Source of the DNA: an uncultured Arcobacter sp.
GTDB taxonomy: Bacteria; Campylobacterota; Campylobacteria; Campylobacterales; Arcobacteraceae
Length of the DNA: 64,000 bases
NCBI GenBank assembly: GCA_965140705.1
Contig: OZ223300.1
Span: 1,344,001 to 1,408,000, forward strand
Direction: 5' to 3'
Under the pieces are notes generated by a model. The model did not search any database and was not told where the DNA came from. It saw only the letters and a program-made list of their open reading frames with translations. Shown in pieces: positions 52,857 to 63,498 of the stretch. A program made the translations under genes and the position numbers. How positions within the stretch are numbered: the first letter of the stretch is position 1; each line of letters starts with the position of its first letter.

Positions 52857-53489
52857 ATGAGTATTGATACTTTTTTAATATATTCAGTGATTGCATTTTT
52901 ATATGTATTAAGTCCTGGTCCTGCCGTGATGTTAGCTATTGTAAATGGCATAAGAACTGATATGAAAACAGTAGCAGTATCATCTTTTGCCAATATTCTT
53001 GGATTAGCTGTTTTATCTACTGCTTCAATTTTAGGTCTTGGAGTATTGATTTTAACTTCAGCTACACTTTTTTTAATAGTAAAAATTATAGGTGCTTTTT
53101 ATCTTATATATTTGGGTATAAAGTTTTTACGAAACAGAGGTATTTTAAATATAGATGAGATGGAAAAAAATGTTAAACAAAAAAGTAGAAAATCATACTT
53201 CTTTGAATCATTTTTTGTAGCAGTTACAAATCCAAAACCAATTATCTTTTTTACAGCAATATTCCCTCAGTTTTTAAATCTACATGAAGCTATTGCTCCT
53301 CAATTTTTTATTATGACGGGAGAGTTTTTATTCTTCTCATTTTTTGGACTTTGTACTTATGCTTTTTTATCTAAAAAATCAAAAGCACTATTAAGTAATG
53401 AAAAAAGAATGTATTGGTTCAATAAGTTTACAGGTGGTTTGTTTATATTTTTAGGATTAGGTTTATTAAGAATTAAAAATCATGCCTAA
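52857..53489 (+). CDS. LysE/RhtB amino-acid exporter
   Basis: SPGP, GAFYLIYLG, NPK..IFF...FPQF. Confidence 0.9.
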   Translation: MSIDTFLIYSVIAFLYVLSPGPAVMLAIVNGIRTDMKTVAVSSFANILGLAVLSTASILGLGVLILTSATLFLIVKIIGAFYLIYLGIKFLRNRGILNIDEMEKNVKQKSRKSYFFESFFVAVTNPKPIIFFTAIFPQFLNLHEAIAPQFFIMTGEFLFFSFFGLCTYAFLSKKSKALLSNEKRMYWFNKFTGGLFIFLGLGLLRIKNHA

Positions 53490-53501
53490 AAGGCGAGGTT
53501 A

Positions 53502-53990
53502 TTAGATAATAACTTCACCTTTTTCTTTTGCTCTATATTCATCTATTTTAAAAGTATCATTTGCAATAACTCTTGGAGTTGCTTCTTTGTATTGATTTAC
53601 TAATTTATTGATAGTTTTTAACTCATCATCATCAAATAAATCTTCATCATACTCAATACCAATTTCTACAAATTTTACTTCAGTAAAGTTTTCTCTTTCG
53701 ATTATATCCATATCTACATTATCAAGTATCTCTTGGATAAAGAAAACTCTTTCATCGTCATCTTCTAAGATCTCTTCATTTATAATCACATCAAAAAGTT
53801 CAGATAGTAGTTTTGGTTCAGGACTTCTAGCCCCTTTTATGTACTCATCACCAAATATTTTTTTACCACAATATTTAAGATGGTTATAATCCATCAAAAA
53901 AAGAAGAATTGATAATTTCTTATCATTTAACAATTTTACTTGTTTGTGTAACATATATAAAATTACATTTGCTACTTTTGTCATATCCAT
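53502..53990 (-). CDS. Panacea (DUF4065/SocA)-like antitoxin-domain protein
   Basis: KKLSILLFLMD..H....G..I.G..Y.....PEP pattern. Confidence 0.65.
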   Translation of the reverse strand: MDMTKVANVILYMLHKQVKLLNDKKLSILLFLMDYNHLKYCGKKIFGDEYIKGARSPEPKLLSELFDVIINEEILEDDDERVFFIQEILDNVDMDIIERENFTEVKFVEIGIEYDEDLFDDDELKTINKLVNQYKEATPRVIANDTFKIDEYRAKEKGEVII

Positions 53991-54046
53991 ATTTGAACGG
54001 TCCTTTTATTTAATTATTGAAGTATACAAAATAAAACATAAAGATA

Positions 54047-54661
54047 TTAAATCTTCCAATGTATTAATTTACTATTATTTACATTTTCCTTAACTTTGTT
54101 ACAAAGTTGTGGAAAAAATAGTAAAAAATCCTCTTCTATCTCATCAATATTTTCACAAACTATTCCATAATATCTACTTACATTATCCCTTTTTAAAACT
54201 CGAGAAGAGATTCTTTTATCAACTCTATTAAATGATTTATTCAAGTGCTCCAAGCTTTGGTATTTATTTAATAAATCAAATTCTATTAGGCTTTTTAACT
54301 TTTGTTTTGCTTCATTTGGAAGAGTGTGCATATTTGCATTTGCTTTTATATAAAAGTCATCTAAAAATTTATTAAGAGTTATATTTGAGTATCTATGCCA
54401 GTTTTTTGTAAGTAGATAATCGTATGTCAAATCAATAACAACAGCCTTTAGTAAACCACTATTTCCAAGTCTATTTTTGCTTTGTTTAAAAGTAGGGTGA
54501 TTATCTGTATATGAATCTATTAGCTTATGTATTTCCATCGCTTTTTTTATGTCTTCATTTGCACCTTCCCATGCTTTTGCTTTTAAAGGGTCAGCTAAAT
54601 AATTCCCAATTTGGAAATCTATATTATGTTCGGATAAAAATATATGTGCAAGCCAGTTCAT
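54047..54661 (-). CDS. acpH: ACP phosphodiesterase
   Basis: MNWLAH..LS, GN.LAD, HKLIDSYTD.HP, D..YDY.L. Confidence 0.82.
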   Translation of the reverse strand: MNWLAHIFLSEHNIDFQIGNYLADPLKAKAWEGANEDIKKAMEIHKLIDSYTDNHPTFKQSKNRLGNSGLLKAVVIDLTYDYLLTKNWHRYSNITLNKFLDDFYIKANANMHTLPNEAKQKLKSLIEFDLLNKYQSLEHLNKSFNRVDKRISSRVLKRDNVSRYYGIVCENIDEIEEDFLLFFPQLCNKVKENVNNSKLIHWKI

Positions 54662-54718
54662 AAGCTAAGAGTACAAAAGTTTACTTAAATATAAAGTAAA
54701 CTTTTGTGATTAAAATTT

Positions 54719-55798
54719 TTAAATATTATAATCAGGTGGTGTATCATTCCACTCAAAAATAAAACACATAGGAAGTCTTCCAGATTTGTTTAATATCTTA
54801 GCAGTTATTACACCTGAGATAAATATTGAAGCAATTGCTAAAAATGAAGAAAAGGCTAATGTTGACATTCCTGTTAGTCCTTGTCCAATTGTACAACCAA
54901 TAGACAAAATACCTCCAATACCCATTAAAGCACCACCAATCATATTATAAGTTACTCTATTAACCTTTTGTGTTGCAGTACATCCAAAGCTATATTTTTT
55001 ATTGAAAAATGACATAGCAAAAGAACCTAACATAACTCCACACAATACAGCAATAGGGAAAGTGAAGTAATTTACTTGATAAAACATAAATAATTCTAAA
55101 CTTTTAGAAGTAGGATAAACAAATGTAATACCAGAAAGATCAATTAGTCTTTCCATACTATCTTCTCCTAATACTCCTGTTATTGTCCAAGCAGCAGCTA
55201 TTAAAAGTCCAATTAAAAAGCCATCTATTAGGGTAAATATTCTTTTTACTTTTTTTGCTAAGATTAATAAAATTACAAACAAAACTCCTACTACAAGATA
55301 TATATTCATAGTACTATTATCTATCATTGAAGAGAGTTCTAAAAGAGTTTTATTTTGAGTAAAGGGAGTTAAAAAACCTTGAATAAGACCTTTTGCAGTT
55401 GCAAATCCAAAGATTCCTATGAATATCAAAGTAATAAGTGATTTGGAATCACCTTGTCCAAATTTGATTAGATGTCTATTGCTACAACCATCAGCTATCA
55501 TCATTCCTGTACCAAATAATAAACCACCAAATATAACAACAAAGTAATTAACATCTTGTTTGTAGTAAACTGTTTTTGTAAAATCTAAGTCAAAATAAGA
55601 GCCTACAATTTTAGTAGAGATTATGGCAACAATCATTGCAAATACAACAGAAGCACCCCTTCTTGTAGATTTTAATAAGATATAATCTTTGATTGAACCA
55701 CTAAAACAGAATTGATTTTTTTGAGCTATCATTCCAAATAGCATTCCAAGACCAAGACCTAAGATATTTATTATTTCATATACTTCTAAACCGAACAT
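54719..55798 (-). CDS. YeeE/YedE thiosulfate/sulfur transporter
   Basis: QFCF, ADGC, GGALMGIGG....GCTIGQG. Confidence 0.88.
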   Translation of the reverse strand: MFGLEVYEIINILGLGLGMLFGMIAQKNQFCFSGSIKDYILLKSTRRGASVVFAMIVAIISTKIVGSYFDLDFTKTVYYKQDVNYFVVIFGGLLFGTGMMIADGCSNRHLIKFGQGDSKSLITLIFIGIFGFATAKGLIQGFLTPFTQNKTLLELSSMIDNSTMNIYLVVGVLFVILLILAKKVKRIFTLIDGFLIGLLIAAAWTITGVLGEDSMERLIDLSGITFVYPTSKSLELFMFYQVNYFTFPIAVLCGVMLGSFAMSFFNKKYSFGCTATQKVNRVTYNMIGGALMGIGGILSIGCTIGQGLTGMSTLAFSSFLAIASIFISGVITAKILNKSGRLPMCFIFEWNDTPPDYNI

Positions 55799-55917
55799 TG
55801 TTTTCCTAACTTATAATTATAATTTATTATTTTAATAAAGGCCGATTATATTAAATATAAACTATAAAATAAGTTAGGCAGAATAATTAAATGAATTTAT
55901 ACGGGAATTCTTTAAAT

Positions 55918-56181
55918 TTAAATTTCTTGGTTATCAATTCTCATATCCTCTAAACCCTCAAGAATATCAGAAGCTTGTTCTTGTGTAATAGTTTCATTGT
56001 CTATATCAAGTAAAACATCATCAAAGTATTTTTTTACCTCTTTCATATATTTTAACTCATCTTTCAACTCTTTAGAGTTTTTCTTTTTCTCTAAACTTGT
56101 TTCAAGTTCTTTGATATTTTCATTTACTTCTATTAATACATCAGTTTTTAGCAAATTTTCTAAATCTTTTATATAATCCAT
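55918..56181 (-). CDS. Small acidic hypothetical protein
   Basis: aagga RBS; third gene of a minus-strand run. Confidence 0.6.
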   Translation of the reverse strand: MDYIKDLENLLKTDVLIEVNENIKELETSLEKKKNSKELKDELKYMKEVKKYFDDVLLDIDNETITQEQASDILEGLEDMRIDNQEI

Positions 56182-56197
56182 TTTTTATCCTTTCTCT

Positions 56198-56671
56198 TTA
56201 ACTTTTTGTAGATATTTTTATTACTACTTTATAAATTTGTTCCGTTTTATCAACTTTTATACAAGGCTGATGTCCATCACTTGGATAAAAAATGGCTAAT
56301 TCTTTTTCTTTTATGAGTAAAGATGAAAATCCATTTTTTGTGCTGTATTTTATAAAATCTTTTTCTTCATTGTAAGCTTCAGTGATTTCAAGATCGTCTA
56401 TATGTGATACATCCATGATTTCAGAGCCTTTTACTATATATTGAATATCAATATATTTTTTATGTGATTCAAAAAAACACTCATTTCTAGGCTTTGAAAA
56501 ATATGTTTGTTTTAAAACAAACATATTTTCATTGATAAACTCTTTTACACAGTCACCATTTTTTATTTCAAAAATATCATTAGATATATTTTCTAAATAA
56601 TTAAATGCCAATTGAAAATTATCCTCTTTTATTTGATTTTTAATACAGTCTAATTTTCCAAATATTGCCAT
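56198..56671 (-). CDS. YhcH/YjgK/YiaL (DUF386) family protein
   Basis: FESHKKYIDIQY...G.E, IFYP.D.H.P, KVVIKI. Confidence 0.88.
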   Translation of the reverse strand: MAIFGKLDCIKNQIKEDNFQLAFNYLENISNDIFEIKNGDCVKEFINENMFVLKQTYFSKPRNECFFESHKKYIDIQYIVKGSEIMDVSHIDDLEITEAYNEEKDFIKYSTKNGFSSLLIKEKELAIFYPSDGHQPCIKVDKTEQIYKVVIKISTKS

Positions 56672-56682
56672 TTATTATCCTT

Positions 56683-57744
56683 TTATAAATTATCTTTTAA
56701 ATATAAATAATCTGACATTTTACTCCACTCTCGCACTTTTTTCATATAAGCATCTTGAGAGTCTAAAGTCTCTTTTAATAGTGGGCTTTTAGCACCTAAT
56801 TCTACTCTTAATTCTTTATTTGCTTTTTTCAATGCAGTCATTACATCTTTTGGAAATGTTTTAACTTTTATATCTGGATACTCTTTTTTCATCTCTTGCC
56901 ATGCTGAAGCATTTAAATCATAGTTTTGAATATACATATCATAAGCTGCAACTTTCATAGCAACTTTTAAAATCTCTTGTAAATCTTTTGGTAGTTTTTT
57001 AAAAGAGTGAATATTTACTAAAAATTGCATTTCACTAGCTGGTTCATGCCACCCTGTATAATAATATGGTGCAACTTTGTGAAATCCCATTTTAATATCC
57101 ATTGATGGTCCAACCCATTCCAAGGCATCAATAGTATTTCTTTCTAAAGCCATAAAAAGTTCAGCAGGTGCTATATTCATAACTTGTACTCCAACTTTTG
57201 CCATTATTTCACCTGCAAAACCTGGAATTCTCATTTTAAGACCTTTTAAGTCATCAACTGATTTAATCTCTTTTCTAAACCATCCACCCATTTGAACACC
57301 AGTGCTTCCCCCTGGAAATGAGTACATACCATATTTAGAATAAACTTTTTGCATCAACTCTAATCCACCACCATAATAAAACCAAGCATATTGCTCAGGA
57401 GCAGTAAGACCAAAAGGCATAGAAGTAAACGGTAAAGTTGCTATATCTTTACCTTTCCAATAATAAGAAGCTGTATGACCAATATCATATTGTCCAGCTT
57501 TTACCATATCAAAAACTCCAAAAGGTGCTTTGTGTTTATTCGCTGCATCAACTCTAATTTCTAATCTTCCATTTGACATTTCATTTGCAATTTTTGCCAT
57601 GTTTTTTGCTGTATCAATTAGTGGAGATAGTGTTGGGCCCCATGTAGTAGCCATCTTAAGTTTATATATCTTTTCACTAGCAAAAAGCTGTGTTGATAAT
57701 AATACTGCAAGTAAAATTATTGCAATATTTTTCAAATTTTTCAT
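56683..57744 (-). CDS. TRAP transporter solute-binding protein (DctP/TakP type)
   Basis: SNGRLEI, SYYWKGK, QMGGWFRKEI, KMRIPG, DALEWVGP, GWHEP. Confidence 0.9.
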   Translation of the reverse strand: MKNLKNIAIILLAVLLSTQLFASEKIYKLKMATTWGPTLSPLIDTAKNMAKIANEMSNGRLEIRVDAANKHKAPFGVFDMVKAGQYDIGHTASYYWKGKDIATLPFTSMPFGLTAPEQYAWFYYGGGLELMQKVYSKYGMYSFPGGSTGVQMGGWFRKEIKSVDDLKGLKMRIPGFAGEIMAKVGVQVMNIAPAELFMALERNTIDALEWVGPSMDIKMGFHKVAPYYYTGWHEPASEMQFLVNIHSFKKLPKDLQEILKVAMKVAAYDMYIQNYDLNASAWQEMKKEYPDIKVKTFPKDVMTALKKANKELRVELGAKSPLLKETLDSQDAYMKKVREWSKMSDYLYLKDNL

Positions 57745-57862
57745 TCTCTTCCTTTATATTAGTAAAATTCGTCGCATATTATACACAAAAGTTCTCTTCT
57801 AATAAGCTTATAAACTCCCCTTGCGTATAATCCGTTTCTAATTAAGTAAGAAAGAAGAATAT

Positions 57863-59695
57863 ATGATAGAACTTTCAAATGTCTCAAAGAGCTTTGGTAA
57901 ACAAACACTATTCAATGAAGTAACCTTTAGATTAAATTCTGGGGATAAAATTGGATTAGTAGGAAGAAATGGTAGTGGAAAATCTACACTATTTAAGCTA
58001 ATTTTAGATGAAGAGCATCCAGATGCTGGTGAAATATTAAAACCTAAAAACTATAGAATAGGTGCATTAAAACAGCATCTTGTTTTTACAGAAAAAACAA
58101 TAACAGATGAAGCAGCCCTTGCACTTAGTGAAGAGCATAAATATGATATTTATAAAGTAGAAAAAATACTTTTTGGTCTTGGATTCTCGCAAGAAGATTT
58201 ATTAAAAGATCCCTTATCTTTTTCAGGTGGATATCAAATTAGAATAAATCTAGCAAAACTACTTCTGACAGAACCGAATCTGTTACTTTTAGATGAGCCA
58301 ACAAACTACCTTGATATCGTTTCATTAAGATGGTTAAAAGTATTTTTGAAAAACTTTGATGGTGAAGTAATTATAATCACCCATGATAGAGATTTTATGG
58401 ATGCAGTTACAACTCACACTATGGGATTAGTAAGAAAAAACCTAAAAGTTGTAAAAGGTGATACTCACAAGTTTTATGAAAAACTAAAAGAAGAAGATGA
58501 ACACCACGAAAAACAAAAAGCTTCACAAGATAAAAAAGTAAAACAATTAGAAGAGTTTATTGCTAAAAATAAAGCAAGAGCCTCAACAGCTAACTTAGCC
58601 CAATCAAAAGTTAAACAACTAGAAAAGATGGATATCTTAGAAGATTTAAATTTTGATTCCACATTAAAATTTGATTTTAATTATAAAGATACACCTGCAA
58701 AAGTTTTACTTGATGTAAAAGATTTATCGTTTGGATATACAAAAGATAATATACTTTTTAAAGATATTTCATTTACTCTACAAAAGGGTGAAACACTTGG
58801 AATCATAGGAAAAAATGGTAAAGGTAAATCAACACTTCTAAATACAATAGCAGGTGAATTGAAAGCTTTACATGGTGTGACAGAGATGCATACAAGTGTG
58901 ACTTTTGGACACTTTGGACAAACAAATATTTCACATCTAAACCCAGACAATACAATTATGGATGAAATCTATTTATCAAATAATAAATTGGCTGAAGGAA
59001 CTGTAAGAAGTATTTGTGGTGGTATGATGTTCTCAGGTGATGATGCTAAGAAAAAGGTAACTTTACTTTCAGGTGGTGAAAAAAGTAGGGTAATGCTTGG
59101 GAAAATTTTAGCAAAAGAAGTTAATTTACTTTTCCTAGATGAGCCTACAAATCACCTTGATATGAGTTCAATAGAAGCTTTAACAGAAGCTATTAAAAAC
59201 TTTGATGGTTCTTGTATCATAGTAACCCATAGTGAAGAGTTACTTAGAGCTGTTTGTGATAGATTGATTATTTTCTCAAATGGAAGTGCTGATTATTTTG
59301 ATGGAACTTATGATGAGTTTTTGGAAAAAATTGGTTGGGAAGATGAAGATGATGCTCCTAAGAAAAAAGCAAAACCAAAAGTAAATAAAAAAGAGAGCAA
59401 AAGATTAAGAGCCTTACTTGTACAAGAAAAAAGTAAAATAACAAGTCCTATAAAAAAAGAGATTGATTCTTTAGAGAAAAAAATTATAGAGATAGAAACA
59501 ATAATCGAAAAGAAAAAAGATGAATTAATCGATGTTACAAATAAAGGTGACAATAGTAAAGTAATGGAATTATCAAAAGAGATATCAAAACTTGAAAAAG
59601 AGGCTGAAACTAAATTTGAATCTTTAGAAATATCTCAAACTAAACTAGATACAATCAATGATGAATATCAAATAAAAATGGAAGAGTTGATGTAA
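57863..59695 (+). CDS. ABC-F family ATPase
   Basis: Two ABC domains (GRNGSGKST, GKNGKGKST, LDEPTN), no TM, C-terminal coiled coil. Confidence 0.92.
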   Translation: MIELSNVSKSFGKQTLFNEVTFRLNSGDKIGLVGRNGSGKSTLFKLILDEEHPDAGEILKPKNYRIGALKQHLVFTEKTITDEAALALSEEHKYDIYKVEKILFGLGFSQEDLLKDPLSFSGGYQIRINLAKLLLTEPNLLLLDEPTNYLDIVSLRWLKVFLKNFDGEVIIITHDRDFMDAVTTHTMGLVRKNLKVVKGDTHKFYEKLKEEDEHHEKQKASQDKKVKQLEEFIAKNKARASTANLAQSKVKQLEKMDILEDLNFDSTLKFDFNYKDTPAKVLLDVKDLSFGYTKDNILFKDISFTLQKGETLGIIGKNGKGKSTLLNTIAGELKALHGVTEMHTSVTFGHFGQTNISHLNPDNTIMDEIYLSNNKLAEGTVRSICGGMMFSGDDAKKKVTLLSGGEKSRVMLGKILAKEVNLLFLDEPTNHLDMSSIEALTEAIKNFDGSCIIVTHSEELLRAVCDRLIIFSNGSADYFDGTYDEFLEKIGWEDEDDAPKKKAKPKVNKKESKRLRALLVQEKSKITSPIKKEIDSLEKKIIEIETIIEKKKDELIDVTNKGDNSKVMELSKEISKLEKEAETKFESLEISQTKLDTINDEYQIKMEELM

Positions 59696-59696
59696 A

Positions 59697-60146
59697 ATGA
59701 AAACTGAAACTATTTTAAACTACATAAAAATCAATGATAATATCTCAACAGCTGGTCAGCCAAAAGAGGCTGAATTAGAATTATTAGTAAATGATGGTTT
59801 TGAAATAGTGATAAATCTTGCTTTATCAAATGCAACAAATGCTTTAGATAATGAAGATAAAATAGTTTCAGCTTTGGGTATGACTTATATTCATATTCCT
59901 GTAGATTTTGAATATCCCACAAAATATGACTTAAAACTCTTTTTGAGCATTTTGACTTCACTTGAGGGTAAAAAGGTATTTGTTCATTGTGCAAAAAACT
60001 ATAGAGTAAGTGCTTTTATGTATGTTTACCATAAATATTTTTTAAAAACTCCCTTTGATGAAATAGATTTATCTCTTCTAGAAGAGTGGGGACCTTCTCC
60101 AATCTGGCAAGATATTATGAAAATAGAGTTTGAAGAGCTAAGCTAA
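59697..60146 (+). CDS. DUF442/phosphatase-like protein
   Basis: TAGQP, VINL, YIHIPV, VHCAKNYR. Confidence 0.75.
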   Translation: MKTETILNYIKINDNISTAGQPKEAELELLVNDGFEIVINLALSNATNALDNEDKIVSALGMTYIHIPVDFEYPTKYDLKLFLSILTSLEGKKVFVHCAKNYRVSAFMYVYHKYFLKTPFDEIDLSLLEEWGPSPIWQDIMKIEFEELS

Positions 60147-60162
60147 GAGAGAAATTCTTAGC

Positions 60163-60894
60163 TTATTTTAATGTAGTTTCTAAAATCTCTGTAAATCTTC
60201 TCCATGATTTTTCATCTGCTACTTTATTATAGCTGTTTGAGCCAAAGACAGTAAAGGCATGGGGTGCTCCACTATAAGTTATCATTTCATGTGGTATTTT
60301 ATTTTCCTCTAATTCCATAGCCAAATTAGCAAACTCTTGTAAACTAACAACTTTGTCAGCACTTCCATGAAATACTACAATAGAACCTTTTGTCTTAGAA
60401 TAGTTTTCACCTATAGGAGTTTGTAATCCTCCATGAAAAGTGATAAATGATTTAAAATCTCCACCATTTCTAGCAAACTCTAAAATAGCAGCTCCACCAA
60501 AACAATATCCAATGCCAACAGCATTTGAAACATTTGCTCCTAGTTTTTTAGCTTCATAATATCCAGCATAAAGAAGTCTTTTCATTTTTGCTCTATTTTG
60601 ATAAAGTTCATTTGTCAGTTTTTTCTTATCTTCTGTTTTTGTTGGTCTTACACCCTTCCCATACAAATCAACTGCAAATGTTGCATAACCCAAATCATAA
60701 AGCATCTTTGCTCTTTTTACTTCATAATCAGTAATCCCATCCCAATCATGAACCATATAAATAAGTGGTGCATCTTTTGAAGGAGAACTATAATACCCTT
60801 CATACTCTTTACCATCTACTTTATAAGTAACAAAGCCACTATTTGCAAAAGCAAATCCACTTAAAATAAATAACAATGTAAGAATCTTTTTCAT
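60163..60894 (-). CDS. Exported dienelactone hydrolase family protein
   Basis: Signal peptide; GYCFGG, HGSAD, HAF. Confidence 0.88.
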   Translation of the reverse strand: MKKILTLLFILSGFAFANSGFVTYKVDGKEYEGYYSSPSKDAPLIYMVHDWDGITDYEVKRAKMLYDLGYATFAVDLYGKGVRPTKTEDKKKLTNELYQNRAKMKRLLYAGYYEAKKLGANVSNAVGIGYCFGGAAILEFARNGGDFKSFITFHGGLQTPIGENYSKTKGSIVVFHGSADKVVSLQEFANLAMELEENKIPHEMITYSGAPHAFTVFGSNSYNKVADEKSWRRFTEILETTLK

Positions 60895-61044
60895 TTTAAT
60901 TTCCTTTGTTGTGATTAAAAATCTTACTAAATCTAATAAAGATTAAACTTAAATATTTATATTACTTAGAGCTTAAATTTTATAGAAATAATTATTTTAG
61001 AATTCTTTGGTTAAAATATCCCAAATAAACAAAATGGATATTTT

Positions 61045-62151
61045 TTGAAAATAGAGACAAAAATTGCTAGATTTACGACTCCTTTACACCTAGAAAGTGG
61101 ACGAATTCTAGAACCTTATGAAATAAAATACGAAACTTATGGAGAACTTAACGAAGATAAATCAAATGTAATCGTTATTTGTCATGCCTTAAGTGGTTCT
61201 CATCATGCAGCTGGAAGATATGAAAATGAAGCAAAACCAGGTTGGTGGGATAATTTTATAGGTGATGGTAAAACTATTGACACTAGAAAATATTTTGTAA
61301 TCTGTACTAATAACCTTGGCTCTTGTTTTGGGTCAACTTCTCCAATGAGTCCTATGAATAAAGCAGGTGAATTATATAGACTTAAATTTCCAGTTTTAGC
61401 CATAACAGATATTGTAAAAGCCCAAAAAAGACTTCTAACTTCCCTTGATATTCATCATGTAAAAGCAGTCATTGGTGGAAGTATGGGTGGTATGCAAGCA
61501 CTTTGTTATTCAATTGAGTATCCAGATTTCGCAGATACAATTATAGCAATGGCAACAACAGCATACACAAGACCTTGGGCAATAGCTGTAAATAAAATAG
61601 CAATGGAATCCATAAGAAATGATCCAGCTTTTAAAAATGGAAACTATACAAAAGGTGACCTTATTGCAAATGGTTTACCTGGTCTTGCAATTGGTAGAAT
61701 GGCAGGATTGATTGCCTATGTGGGACCAAATTCTATGAATAATAAATTTGGTAGAAATTATGTGGAAACAGATGGGCTTTATGAACTTTTTGGAAGATTT
61801 GAAGTTGAGAAATATTTGGAATACAATGCTTACAATTTCCCAAAAATATTTGACCCTTTATCATATTTGTATGTTTGTAAAACCATGAATATATTTGATG
61901 CAGCAAGGGGTACTGATAAACTTCCAGATGCCTTGTCAAAGATAAAATGTGACCTTCATCTTATCTCTTTTTCTGATGATGTTTTATTTTTCCCAGAAGA
62001 GATGGAAGAGATTTATAATATAATGAGAGATATGAATATGGAAAATGTAAAGTATAAAATGATAGAATCTACACATGGACATGATTCATTTTTGGTGGAA
62101 CTTGATAAGTTCAAAGATTATGTAGTCGATATATTGGAGAAAAGAATATGA
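61045..62151 (+). CDS. metX: Homoserine O-acetyl(succinyl)transferase
   Basis: CHALSG, GWW, GGSMGGMQ, HGHDSFL; TTG start. Confidence 0.93.
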   Translation: MKIETKIARFTTPLHLESGRILEPYEIKYETYGELNEDKSNVIVICHALSGSHHAAGRYENEAKPGWWDNFIGDGKTIDTRKYFVICTNNLGSCFGSTSPMSPMNKAGELYRLKFPVLAITDIVKAQKRLLTSLDIHHVKAVIGGSMGGMQALCYSIEYPDFADTIIAMATTAYTRPWAIAVNKIAMESIRNDPAFKNGNYTKGDLIANGLPGLAIGRMAGLIAYVGPNSMNNKFGRNYVETDGLYELFGRFEVEKYLEYNAYNFPKIFDPLSYLYVCKTMNIFDAARGTDKLPDALSKIKCDLHLISFSDDVLFFPEEMEEIYNIMRDMNMENVKYKMIESTHGHDSFLVELDKFKDYVVDILEKRI

Positions 62152-62348
62152 GTGAAGAGATAAAAGAAGAACAAAGCTTCGAAGAAAAAGTAGAAAAGGC
62201 AAAAGAGTTATTAGAGAAGTTGGGGAATCCAGATATAACATTGAGTTCATCTGTAGAGATATACAAAAATGGTATGAAAGAACTTGATGATGCCCAAAAA
62301 CTTCTAGAAACTTCTAAACTTCAATTCAAAGAACTATCTGAAAAATAA
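62148..62348 (+). CDS. xseB: Exodeoxyribonuclease VII small subunit
   Basis: SFEE......LLEKL...DITL..SVEIYKNG......AQKLL. Confidence 0.85.
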   Translation: MSEEIKEEQSFEEKVEKAKELLEKLGNPDITLSSSVEIYKNGMKELDDAQKLLETSKLQFKELSEK

Positions 62349-62425
62349 AAATATAACAATTTGATATATTTTTTGTGACTATAAAAAATATTTGATAAAC
62401 TTTTCTTACCAGTTAGGAGGAGTTT

Positions 62426-63088
62426 ATGAAGACAATAAATCAACTACAAAGTATAGATAAACCAAGAGAAAGATTACTGAAATATGGTCTTAGTTCCTTA
62501 AAAAATTATGAACTAATAGCTGTATTACTAGGAAGTGGAGTAAAAGGCAAAGATGTCATAAAACTATCCCATGAAATAGAAAAATTCTTCGACTCAAACT
62601 TTGAAAATATAGATTTAAAAACCTTACTTAAAATACATGGATTAGGAACTGTAAAAGCTAGTCAAATAATATCTGCAATAGAACTATCAAGAAGATATCT
62701 AATTGATATTCAAAACTATAAAATAAACTCTTCAAGTGATGTATATGAAGAGCTAAAACCCTATAAAAACAAACGCCAAGAATACTTCCTAACTCTATAT
62801 TTAGATGGAGCAAATAATCTACTAGAAACCAAAATCATAACAATAGGAACCCTAAACCAAAGCCTAGTTCACCCAAGAGAAGTATTCTCACACGCCATAG
62901 AAAAAAGATGCGCCAGTATAATAGTAGCCCACAATCATCCAAGTGGAATACTAAAACCAAGTAGTGAAGATATCAATGTAACACAAAGACTGAAAGAGTC
63001 AGGGAAAATATTAGGCATAGAACTTTTAGATCATGTGATATTTACAAATGAAGGGTTTATTAGTTTACAAGAAGAGGGTGTGTTGTGA
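62426..63088 (+). CDS. radC: RadC/JAB-domain protein
   Basis: KPRERL, HhH GLG.VKA, VHPREVF, AHNHPSG..PS.ED, LLDHVI. Confidence 0.93.
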   Translation: MKTINQLQSIDKPRERLLKYGLSSLKNYELIAVLLGSGVKGKDVIKLSHEIEKFFDSNFENIDLKTLLKIHGLGTVKASQIISAIELSRRYLIDIQNYKINSSSDVYEELKPYKNKRQEYFLTLYLDGANNLLETKIITIGTLNQSLVHPREVFSHAIEKRCASIIVAHNHPSGILKPSSEDINVTQRLKESGKILGIELLDHVIFTNEGFISLQEEGVL

Positions 63089-63498
63089 TGGATAGATTTT
63101 TTGATGAATGGAATGAAATAAAAAAAGAACTTACTAAAAATGAAAGAAAATTAGGTATAAAATCAAGAGAAATATTTTGGGCAAATATTGGACAAAATAT
63201 TGGTTATGAACAAAATGGCAAAGGTAAAAATTTTGCAAGACCTGTTATTGTTGTAAGAAAACTCACAAAAGATTTATTTTTAGGAATCCCAACTACTACA
63301 ACACTTAGAGAAGATAATGATTATTTTCATAAATTCAAATATACCACATATAATAATGAAGTTTTAAATGTTTCGGCATTAATTTTACAAGTAAAAGTAT
63401 TTAGTATAAAAAGAATAATGAACAAAATTGGAATGATTAATAAAGAAGATTTTAAAGTAATTGTAGAAAAGTCAAAAAATCTATTTGGCCCCACTTAA
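63085..63498 (+). CDS. Orphan PemK/MazF-fold toxin
   Basis: REIFWANIGQNIGYEQNGKG..FARPVIV, GIPTTT, Q.KVFS.KR...KIG; overlaps the radC stop. Confidence 0.82.
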   Translation: MMDRFFDEWNEIKKELTKNERKLGIKSREIFWANIGQNIGYEQNGKGKNFARPVIVVRKLTKDLFLGIPTTTTLREDNDYFHKFKYTTYNNEVLNVSALILQVKVFSIKRIMNKIGMINKEDFKVIVEKSKNLFGPT

